Assembly (NCBI RefSeq): GCF_006345805.1
Contig: NC_043015.1
Coordinates: 34,844,001-34,908,000, forward strand
DNA from: Octopus sinensis
Lineage: Eukaryota
Direction of reading: 5' to 3'
DNA length: 64,000 nt
Numbering within the stretch: the first letter of the stretch is position 1; every line of letters starts with the position of its first letter. The notes beneath the pieces are model-generated. The model was not told the DNA's origin and ran no database searches. It worked only from the letters and a program-made list of their open reading frames with translations. Positions 13,407 through 25,400 of this stretch are shown piece by piece. A program made the translations under genes and the position numbers.

Positions 13407-14930
13407 TTGAAATATAAAAAAGGAGACTTAAAATTAAGGCCTATTATAGCGGTCCCAGCCTGTGAAACACACCGCCTAAGCAACTTTCTGGACATACTAT
13501 TGAAACCTGTCTTCAGATACACTAAAAGTTTCATTCGCGACGATCTGGACATGCTAGAGCTTCAAACAAAAACCACCAATGAAGAAGCACTATTAGTCTC
13601 CTTCAATGTCATCAACCTCTACACTAACATTTCACATAACTACGGAAAAGAGGCAATAAAATCTAGAGTTTTGCTACTGAATCCATGACGTTCATCCTAC
13701 ATAACAATTACTTCCTATTCGATGCAACATACTACCACCAAAAATGCAGTATTGCAACAGGAATGAAAGCAGCACTTGTCCTTGTGAACCTAATAATGGG
13801 TTTCTTTGAATCTACCCTATATGAACTTTCACTCCAAAAATTTGGACCCCCATTCCACCAGTATATAAGAGAAAACTGGAAAAGGTACTTAGATGATTGT
13901 TTTATCATCTGTAATGAAATCTATAATAAACTCTTGGATTTCAAATCCACACTGAACAATATAAACTCCAATATTCAATTTACAATGAAATATAGCAAGG
14001 AACAGCTCCCATTTCTGGACATTTTGATTATAAAAAAAATCCAACAACCAAATTGCAACTGACATCTACAACAAACCAACAGACTCAAAACAGTATCTCC
14101 TTTCCAGTTCATTCCATCCCAAACACACCAAAATAAATATCCCATTCAATCTAGCAAAACAGATCTGTATAATTGTATCTGACAACCATTCTAGAACTTC
14201 GCCTACAAGACCTCAAAATAACACTCACTGAAATAATACTCACCCACACTTATAGACCATGGAATTAAATGTGCCAAGAAATTGGACACAAACACACTAA
14301 GGACAACAAAACAAAACACCACACCTCACTTTAAATCACTCCCATACATATCAACCTACAACCCCAGAAACAATGAAGCATACAACACAATTATACAAAA
14401 TCTCCCTCTGCTCACTCAAGACCCAAAAATTAACAACATCCTAAATACACACAAACTCCTCAAATGCAAAAGACAACACAAATCACTCAAGAGACTCCTA
14501 ACAAAGGCAAAACTATAATCAATACCAACAGTTAAAAAATGCAGACAACCTAATTGGGGTACATGCCCATACCTAACTGAAGGCTTTGAATTCACATTCC
14601 AGCAAGGAGAAGAATTCTCAATTAAGATCAACTTCATATGTGCTTCCCAAAACCTTATCTATGTCCTTACCAGCTCAGGTTGTGGCCACAATTATGTGGG
14701 CAAAACGGGCCTTACTTTGAGATGCAGAGTCACACTGCATAGAGAACAGATTCGTTTTCTTTAATATAGGCAGATAGCCCTGAGCGAACATATCGACAGT
14801 TGCGCAAGAAATAAAATGTTGAATTTCCAAATCTTTCCATTAAACAAATGCAATGATGCAATTTCCTTACAGGAATGCCTAAACAAGGAAAAACTCTTCA
14901 TACAAAAGTACAGACCACATCTTAAAAACT
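13407..14930 (+). mobile_element. Penelope-like element, degenerate RT plus GIY-YIG endonuclease
   Basis: LRPII, NLYTNI, NNYFLFD, WKRYLDDCF, IQFTM, LPFLDILI, DIYNKPTDSKQY; downstream NLIYVL...YVGKT; frameshifts and stops. Confidence 0.9.
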
Positions 14931-15335
14931 TGACTACTTCAAAAATTATACTGAGATGTAACTCTTTGGAATAACAATGTATGCCGCTGAAGAGAGCTTT
15001 AAACCATCTTTTATATCTATTATACACTGATGTAAGAACAGGTCGTTTATAAAGATATCCTTTGTGTTCTGTTTTTGATTTTATTTGATATATTCTCTCT
15101 CATCTCTGCAACTATCTGGCGTACACAGGTGCTTACACTTATCAAGTATTCACCCTAAATTTGCAGTACCTACTTGATATATATATATGTATGTATGTAT
15201 ATGTGTGTGTGTGCGTATGTATATGTATGTGTGAGTATATGATGCATGTGTGTAAGTATGTGTACGCATATATATATATAAATAATAATATATATGTATA
15301 TATATCTACATATATACACATATATATACATATAT

Positions 15336-15412
<77 letters not shown>

Positions 15413-15525
15413 CATATATATTCATATGTATATATATATATATGTGTGTGTGTGTGTGACCGCGTGTGTACCGTTGGCGATTTTTTTCCTCTGTCTTCCC
15501 TTCTCTGGATCTTTCCTTCTCCTAT

Positions 15526-15560
15526 GTTTCCGACGAAGAGCTCCGCTCGAAACGTTAAAC
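15526..15560 (+). ncRNA. Minimal type I hammerhead-ribozyme-like motif (atypical core)
   Basis: GTTT-CCGACGA-A-GAGC-TCC-GCTC-GAA-ACGT-T-AAAC: stem I GTTT/AAAC, stem II GAGC/GCTC, palindromic stem III ACGT; U4 replaced by C. Confidence 0.4.
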
Positions 15561-15656
15561 CCTCCTTCTTTCCTTAGCGTCCAATAATACTATACTTGTT
15601 CCACGTCCTCGCGTTGTTGTGTTTTCTCTTTGTGCTTTCATGTTTGGATTAACTAT

Positions 15657-15770
15657 ATTTCCACTTTCTTATTTTTGTCTTCCTAAAATTTTCGTTGCGT
15701 CTTGCAACCTTTTCAATAGTCTTGACTATTGAAAATTTTAGGAAAATAAAAATAAGAAATAAGTGGAAAT
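15657..15770. repeat. Foldback palindrome centred on TTTTCAATAGTC-TT-GACTATTGAAAA
   Basis: Inverted arms read directly. Confidence 0.85.
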
Positions 15771-15888
15771 TTTACCGGTGAGTGTATTACATTATAAGGC
15801 ACAAAAAGAAAATGACTCTGCCCAGACACAACAGAATATGCTTCAACACACGAACTCACATAAAGAATCTTACAAACCAAATCCCAAA

Positions 15889-15940
<52 letters not shown>

Positions 15941-16596
15941 GCAGATATGTGTTTAGGATTTCACCAACGGTGCAAATAACATACACATAAGAGATACAAG
16001 ATGTGGACAGTAATTACAGGACAAAAACAAGTGAAATACGTAAACAATGAGAAAAAAAAGGAAAACAAGACAAGTTAACACAGAAAAAGGACCCTTCATC
16101 AGTTGTCGGCTGTCTATTTGTTCCTCATTCCGAGCATTCAATCAACAATATGAGTCTTCAAGGATAGGAGCTCCCATAAATTCTAAAATAAAATTTAGGA
16201 TTTATGTTGGATCAAAGTTGGGAACAAAAAAGGACAATGTCAGTGGAGACAGACAAGGAAACCGAATGAAAACAAACATGGAGCGTTGTTAGACCGGTCC
16301 TTCCTTACAACACAGCCTGGCTCATAACACCACAGGATGTCTTTAGGAAACCTTAAAAAGAAATTCTCTTCCAGGTTCGCAATCTCCGTATTTCTTTGTG
16401 AATTAAGAAAAATTGGGAAACTCAAGGGAAGCAACTCTATGAATTAAAATACGAAAATAACGCTTAAATTAATTCTCCGTCTTTACCCGTTTCCAAGCTC
16501 GGTTTTTTTCCTCTGCTGAAAATCCGAGGCGAGTTTGTTTCAAGTTGGAAACTGTTTCCATAAATCTCAAGCGAACACTTCGAAGCAGCTACATTG

Positions 16597-16719
16597 ATGG
16601 ACTCTTTTGTTGAAAGAAATGTTGTCGAAGGAGAAGGATCAGAATCATCAGATGATAGTTATTTCCAAGTAAAACCTCCAACATCCGATCCCCTGAATCT
16701 TCCCTATCCAAGTTATATG
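16597..16719 (+). CDS. BLOC1S3: BLOC1S3 exon 1 ([20 protein letters not shown]...PYPSYM)
   Basis: ATG, 41 open codons, donor ATG|GTAAGT. Confidence 0.85.
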
Positions 16720-17477
16720 GTAAGTTCCCGGATTCCTAAATATTTCAAACGTCGATCATGCAAAAGATAATGATAATCATGTAAACCTTTCGTTGCTTTC
16801 TATATTTTAATTCTTAGACCAGGCAACACAAACTTGTATTATTTTTAAATGTCAAACATTCGTTCATGTATTTTACCTTCTTTTCTTTTCAAAAGTTGTG
16901 AAGTTCAAAACAAATGCGTCGCATGAATGGCAAAAATTAAGTTTAAACAAATTTTCAATTTGTACAGCGACCGTGAGATTTGGGTTTAGTTTTATTATAG
17001 AATGTGTGAGTCCGTTCAGGTTGACTATTTTCGTGAACTTCTGTAAGTATGTTTCAAATTTTGGTGTGTTTGTTTATCTTGTGCTTAAGAAGATTTAAAA
17101 AGGATTACACTTCTTGACGGCTACTTCTAGCGAATAAAGTTGATGCTGGTTGTCATAAAGTATCCACTTTCCTCACTGCTTTATAGCAGTTTTTTTTCTA
17201 CGATTGGCGAACTTTTAACCCCAATGATAAAAAAAAAATCAATTTGGTTAATGTTTACATCTTCACCCGGAAATGAACTCATAACTTTTTGGAAAATGGG
17301 GATTTTTCAATGAAATTTTATATATTACGATTATAAAGTAATTTGTGGGGAAAATTTCATATTTGTTTAGAGCAAGTTGTCTTACACCTATTACACTATT
17401 TTTCTTTTGTTTTTTTCTTTTTGCTCGGGTCAGACGCTTTAGTTTGACCATCTTTGGTATATGTGTACACACACACT

Positions 17478-17509
<32 letters not shown>

Positions 17510-19364
17510 CAAGGTGCGATGGGTAAATTGTCACCATATGCATGTGCATTGTTTGTATTTGAGGTTGTCTACTACGCAGCATAGTGAGAAAAACAGTACC
17601 ATGACACAATTCACTCTCCCAGGAATTTGGAAATAACATGCTATGCGGCTTGGCATTCTCGCTAGAAGCTCCAATACGAACAGATGGTGAGCACACAACA
17701 AACCCTGCGTCCACATACTCCCTCCACAACACTGATATCAAGAAATCCTCTTGCGAGCGTGACCTAGGCATCACTGTCAGCAGTGATTTGCGTTGGACAA
17801 AGCATATCTCTAAAATTGTCAAGAAGGCCGAGGGTGTCTTGGCATCACTCAGCAAGACTTTTGTTAGCCGCTCTCCAGCCATCTATTTAAAACTGTATAC
17901 AGCTATGGTACGACCACACTTGGAATTCGCATCATCAGTTTGGAATCCCTATCTTACTCAGAACATTGACCTCCTGGAATCTGTCCAGAGACGTGCAACC
18001 AAACGCATACCCTCTATCAGACACCTACCATATTCTGAGCGCCTTGTTTCCCTGGGCATGGATTCACTGAAGCTCCGGCATCTGGCGACGGACTTGGTAA
18101 ACACCCACAAGGTTATCAACCATCTCACCAACAACAACACTGAACACCTTTTTGATCTTCATGTGTCTAACACACGTGGACATGCCTACAAAGTCAGAAA
18201 ACAGCACAGCTCCCATGACTTTCGGAAACATTTTTTCACGCTCAGGGTTGCTGAAGCGTGGAATAAACTGCCTGCATCAGTTGTTGACTGCCATGACACT
18301 GCATCCTTTAAGGCCCTCATGCTTCCCGAAATCCGTCGAAACTACACCTGATTATATATACACTTTAGATGAGTTGTAGTGCACCTGAGCACTGTACACA
18401 ATTATTATTATTATTATTATTATTACCATCTTTGTATATGTGTGTGTATATCCATATTGACGTCGTAACTGAAGTTTATGAACCATCTAGACCTAGAATT
18501 AGCCTTAAAGACCACAAACGTAACTTTCATACTGATCCAAAGGTAAGGCTCAATATGCCTCTGTATATCTGACATCGGAAAACTTAACAAAATTGCCATA
18601 GACAAATACCTAAAATTATTGAAATCCAAACTCCACCTGTAGTCAAAAACACTAGATACAACTAACTGGTTCGCTAATCTACAAGAAAAAATGTAAATTC
18701 ATCCAACTGGACATAGACAGCTAATACCAATCCATTAACCCCATCTTACTAAATAAGGCACTTATCTTTGCCAAGAATAGGACTAAATTTAAAATGAAAG
18801 AAATAAAAATTATGCTTGAAGCTAGAAAGACTATAATATTTCATGAAGGTAAATAATGGACCTGGAAAGATACACCAGACTGTTTTGATGTACCCATGTG
18901 TCATATAAAACATCTTTTACTCTTAGTGTTGTTGAGAAAAGTTTCTATTTTCAAAGTCATTTCGTGTTAAAGTTGTTGTATTTCAGCAATTTCAACCAAT
19001 CAATGACATGTATTCAGCTGAATAAAATTACTGCTGTTGTTTGTCAACAACTTCTGGCAGTGTATATATTGTTTGTCACTGTTATTTATGACATATTTCA
19101 TCTCAGTTACATTTGTATGAATAAACTGGAATGCGGAAAATTTAGCACGGAAAGCGGACGTTAAACGATGATGATGATGATGATCTGAAGCATGTTTACT
19201 TCATGGCACCACCACAATCGTTCGTGCATTTCTACTGCTTTTAGTTTTTTCTTCCTGTTTTTCAGCTACTATTTTCGGAAAGACTATATATATATATACA
19301 CATACATATATATGTAAATATATATATATATATACATACATATATATGTAAATATATATATGTA

Positions 19365-19417
<53 letters not shown>

Positions 19418-22400
19418 ACAAAGTGTACGTACGCTGCTCTCTCTCTCTATATATATATATATATAAAATACAAAATGGTACAAGAGCGAAAAACATCCAA
19501 ATAGATGATATAGACGGGTCATTTGAAGCTTTTAATCTTCAATCAAGAACCGGATCATCCTCGCAATTTCAGCTGATCCGGTTCTTGACTGAAGATTAAA
19601 AGCTTCGAATGACCCGTCCGTGTTTTTTGTATTGTCTATTTGGATGTTTTGCGTTCTTGTCCCTGTATATTTATATATAGATGTGTGTTTGTTCCCCACC
19701 AGTGCTTGACAACCAGTGTTGGTGTGTTTGCATCTCAGTAATTGAGCTGTTTGGCAAAAGAGACCCATCGAATAAGTACCAGGCTAGAAAAATAAGTGCT
19801 GGGATTCATTCATTCAACAAAAGTTCTTTTAAGGGGTGCCCCAGCATGTCTGCAGTCTAATGATTGAAACAAGGTAAAAGATAAATGAGATGTCCATTAT
19901 TATCATCATTACTTTTCTAATAGATTTCAATGCATTCAAATCTTTTAACTCCTACTTTAAAATACCTTAGTATAAGTTATGTATGAATGAGATGCCAACT
20001 AAATTTGGAATTAAATATCGATTCCTAAATTGCATTTTTGTGTAATTGTACCTGATCCACTCAGATTTCTCTATGTTCCTCTCTATCTACATTTCATTTT
20101 AATTTGTTTTTCTTTATTTGCCATTGTTGCTGTCAGTAGATACTGTAATTATTAATATGAGTTTCTGTCTGCAGAATTTAATTCAATATATTTCTGTTTT
20201 AGCTTTTAGTTACTTCATTTCGTCTAAAATTTTGAAACTAATATATTTTCATGCATTTAATTTAAATGCTTGTCTTGGCAAACCCAATATACCACATTCT
20301 GCACAATATAACTGAATATATTGTATCTTTTATCTCCTGACTGATTAACACAGCAGCATTTTTTTAAACTTTGACACCAATTTTAGTGGGTAGTAAAATC
20401 ACAACACTAACATCTATCTATAATCTGCTATCTTGATAAGTGATCTTTTGTGACGTTGTATCACCCACTTTCTGCTATCAGTTCTCTGTATCCTGTTGTT
20501 TTAGTATAGCTAAGGATTTGATTAGCCAATTATAAACCAGTCTACTTCAATATTTATAGCATAGGTATTTTCTTCAGTTGATTTCATATGTTGTTTTGAA
20601 CTCAACATATATTCTTCTCAGTTGGAATATGGCATAACATGAAGATTTGAGGATCTATATGTAATGTATTGCATAACCATATTGATATTGAATGTCTATA
20701 TATAACTATTTGCATGATATTTTATTTAACAATAAACTATTTTAATGAAATAATATCATAAAAATATCATAAAATTCATTTGTCTGTTTTATCATTATTA
20801 TATTATGCCCTGATAAGTTTGTAAGCTGACAGAATCATTAGAATGCTAGGCAAAACACTTAGCAACATTTTGTCCATCTGAGTTCAAGTTCCACTGAGAT
20901 TAACTTTATCTTTCATCCTTTCAGGGCTGATAAAATAAGTACCAGTTGAGTACTGGGGAGAATCGACTCTCCCCCTCCTCACAAATTCCAGACCTTGTGC
21001 CTATAGTTGAAAGGATTATATTATGCCATGCTTAAAGTTCCATTTAACTTTAGATACTCCTGGATTTGTGGAATACCAAATACCAGTAAACTTCCCTTTA
21101 CTGATGCCTCCTTTGCAGCTGGAATGGATTGTTTTATCTGTTGATTTGTGTCATTCTGTCTGACGATCATATGTGGTGTACTTCACACACTGTGCTGAAA
21201 TCTCTGGAAATTCAAGGTGTGTGAGTGCAATACACCTAACTACTCAGGGATGCAAACTCTGGATGCGCAACAGATATAGCTCTACTATTGCTGCCAGCAA
21301 GAGTTCCAATTGGGAAGGGTATCAAACAAGGAGATGGCATCTCTTTCCAAAGCTCTTCACTGCATATCTAGAAATAATCATCAAAAAAAAAAAAAATTTA
21401 CTGGATATATAGCATGAATATGAGTAGCAAGCTACTAACAGATCTTCTATTCGTAGATGGCATTGTAATCAGCACTGAAACCACAGGTCAATTGCAGACC
21501 ATGCTGACAGAGCTGGACACACACATATAGCTCAGTAGTAGGTTTTAAAATGAACCACATTAAAACAAAATACATGTAGTCCAAAAATGTAGATCCACTG
21601 ACTTGAGATGGGAAGTGATGTTATTGAGGAAGTAAAGGAATAAATCCAATTAGGGCCCACAGTAAATATATGTCATGTGTTATGACATGAACTCTGAAAT
21701 CTGAAAGAAAGTAAGGGCAGTGTGGAAGGTGTTTATCTCATTAAAGCATGTGCTCAAAACATAGATGGACACGGCCACATGTGCCAAACACTTCAGTGCC
21801 ACTGTCCTAGCTGTTCTTTGATATGCAAGTGAGACGTGGGCTACTATGATGAGGGAAGAACATCATTTGGCTATAGAAAGATCTGTGCTAGGAATATCAT
21901 TGTGAGAGCATATCCATAATGAGAATGGAGTGGATTGAATGACATAACTTCAGAATGCCAAAAGCACAAATTCACGTGTTGCATTACTTCACAGACACCG
22001 GGTGGACCTGTGCAGTTACAGAGTGGTGTCCAAGGGATTGGAAAAGGCCACTTAGAAGGCCTCCACAACAAAGTGAAGATGATTTAATTCAACAATTTGG
22101 GAAAGATGGAAAAGAATAGCACAATCAAGATAGAATTGGAAGTGCATTGTGACCGGCGGTGTATAACAACATTTGATAGTCTAGTTGTTACAGTGACACA
22201 GTGATATACATTATCATTTAATGTCTGTTTTCTATGCTGACATGAGTTGTGTGTGTTGATATCCTCATCATTTTACATTCTTTTTTTCCATGCTGGCATG
22301 GGTCGGACAGTTTGACAAGAACAGATGGGCTAGATGGCTCAGCAATGTTCTTTGTCTTCTTTGGCATGATTTCTGCATTTAAATGCTCTTCCTAATGCCA

Positions 22401-25400
22401 ACCACTTAACAGAGTGTATAATGTGCTTTTATGTGGCATCAGCACAGATGAGGTCACCAAGTACCTGTGAAGTAAGACCCTTCAACTGAGTAGGATATAG
22501 ACAGGAGAAAGAAAAAAAAAACTTTGATAGAGGGAGAGGAGCAGGTGTCTTACTAAAGAGAGATGAGGTCCTGGTGCAATATGAACATGTGACAGAATAG
22601 GAGAGCAGAGCAGAAAAGCGAATGTGTAGGTGAGTGCCCTGAGTGAGAATAGTGTGACAGATGATTAAAGACAGGAAAATAAATTGGACTTCGAGGATAA
22701 TCGTTAAGTGAAGAAAATAGGGTAACAAAGAAGTTTGATGGAAGAGTAGGTGTCAGAAGATGTGAGGGAAAGCTAGACAGAGCTTCAGTTCTCCTGAGAT
22801 GGACGAGTCTTCTCAAGCACTGCGTAGTGCCATTCATCTTGGTCCCCCATTGTCTCCTCTGAGAGGCTCAACATCTTGAGGTCAGTTTTCTAAGCTTCCT
22901 GGACATTTCAGAACATCTATTTTCCATGTGCTCTTATTATTTATTGCTCCTGCACATCTACTTTCTCTGTTAATCCTCCTGTGATTCTACTGCATTTTTT
23001 ATGTGTCTGTAGTCTGCCCAGAACGTACCATGTGGAATTTTTACCTATACCTTGCCTTCACATGGAACAGGACCAATAGTGCAAGCTGTAATGGTAAAAT
23101 TCTGACAGGAAAATTCAAATCCAAGAAAATAGAGTGATGAAATTCTAAGTAGCTTGCTGAGAGCCTTGTGTGAGACATAATCAAAGACTTAGATGATGTC
23201 AACTGCAATGATATTGCTTTGACCAAGTTTCTGAAGTGTAAAGGACAAATGGTGAATTTCATAGGAGAGTATGTCCCCAGTTTGGTTCTACAGAAGCTGT
23301 GTAGGAAGTCACTTAGATGACTCATATCTGACTACTTATGTATTATCATTAAACACTTCCTCACCTCCCATTTTGTCGATTCTACCATTTCAAAAACTGT
23401 TGCACTTTTCATATATATTTGTCAATAGTTCATGTCTTCTAACAATAGCCTTTTCAATATTTTATGTTTTTTCATTAAGGGATCAAAGTTACCCAACCTT
23501 CAAGGGATTGTAGTTGCCGGAGAGGCTTCGGAATCAGATGAAGAAATTAATACCAGCGAACTGAACCATTCCATGCCAACATTAAGAAGTAATTAATTGC
23601 TTTTTATATGCAAATTAATATTTTGTGTGTTACCCATATGATATGAAAGATTGCCTTTCCAAACAAGTAAGCGCTAAGGATATGTTATGCAAGGAATACC
23701 TATTTCTAGTTATCCTGGAGACAAACTTTCCAGCAACATAATGCATAAATATATATTCAGGTTTTCCTCTAGAATCTCCTGACACACTCCATAACTGGTT
23801 CCAATCATGTGAGAGAGGTGATGGATGTTTGATAGCAGCTTTCATGGATGAGTTCATGAACTTTTCCTCCACATTTTATGGCTTTTTACCAGTTATTGAT
23901 TGCCCTGAATGTTCATCATCTTTGAACTGATACTTAACCAGTTTTAAAACATGTGTGTACTCAGAAACATGGGTTCAGTCTAAATAATGTTCACCAAAAA
24001 TTTGACAAGCATTTCAAGGCTCTCAATAGTAGAGTTGTTGAGCTTCATACTAAATTTGTAACCTTGTATATTGAACACAAGTAGAAAGATGAAGGCTGGC
24101 TACCAGCGATTGTCATCTACATCTGCATTTCTTTTGTACAACACAAGCATAGCACATAAAGTCAGGAAACTTCCTAATAACATTTTATGTTCATGTTCCT
24201 GTGGCAAGATTATACATCTTGTTTAAATAAAACATTCTACATTGTCTAATATTTAATGATTGTTTCTAGTATCAGACTTAGATACATAACTTCATAATAC
24301 TATAATTTCTTCAAAGATGAAACATTTTTAGATATATACATCTATATTACATTTCATTCACTCAGTTTGATTCCCAATCAACATTAGGTTTCTTATTCAA
24401 GGATAAAACAGTACCAGATTGGATTTAGATTAGGGACATTTATTCCTAAACTAAGTGTTGTAATGCTCTTATTTGCTTGGAGACCACTACTTTTATTTTT
24501 GATCAACTTTCATATATTCCTGATAACCTTGATCTGTTTCTTACCTCCAAACCTAGCTTTTACAAACTACTACTATCGCTGCACCTATTGGATTACCCAA
24601 CTGCTGCCTAATTGATGCCACACACCACACATTCACATCCTGCCAATATCCCCATACAACCTCCTAAATCTTATGGATCTTAAACTGGTTTTTACAATCT
24701 TCCAAAGAATTGTCTTCCTGTTAAAGGAATTTTGTAGGGATCAAAATAAATGGTAATCCAAAGGTGCAAGGTCAGGTGAGTATGCTAGGTGTGGTAGGGC
24801 ATCCCAGCCAAGCTGTACCAATTTCTGCTGGATCATCAAGGAAAATATAAACACTAATGTCTTGAAGTATGACAACACCCTCTTAATTGGTCCGTTTTGG
24901 ACATTTTTCATCGATTACCTACTTTAACCAATCTAACTGGGAAAAATAATATCTGAATTCAATGTCTGGAAGGAGCTCATAATACACAATGCCCTTCCAA
25001 TTCCACCAGATAGAGAGCATCACCTTATTTGGATACTGGCTTTTGGAGTGATTAAAGGTGGTTCATTTTGTTTTCTCTAAGAACATTTTCACTCCACATT
25101 GTTGTAAAAATCCATTTTTACATCACCTATGATTGTTCTTTTCAAAAATTGGTTGTTTTTGTTGCATTTGAGCTATAGATGGAAATGTGGTTCATTAAAC
25201 TTTTTTTCCATTCAATTATGAGACACTCAGACAGCATTGTGTTTCATGTATCCAAATATTTTTAAATGTCTTATAATGTTCATATGAGATACATGGAATA
25301 TCTCTGTGGTGTTTTATGTCATAGGACTTTGGATTATTTTTGATTAGTGTTTCAGTTAGGTCACTATCAACAGCTGTAATCCTGCCAGAATGTTCACAGT

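Noticed and set aside
17000-17048. ATG...CT|GTAAGT as an alternative first coding exon of BLOC1S3
   Set aside because: It ends in phase 2 whereas exon 2 needs phase 0; at most a non-coding alternative.
19588-19612. CTGAAGA...CGAA as a hammerhead core; similar partial motifs near 3880(-), 16095(-) and 50603
   Set aside because: Stems I-III cannot be formed around them.
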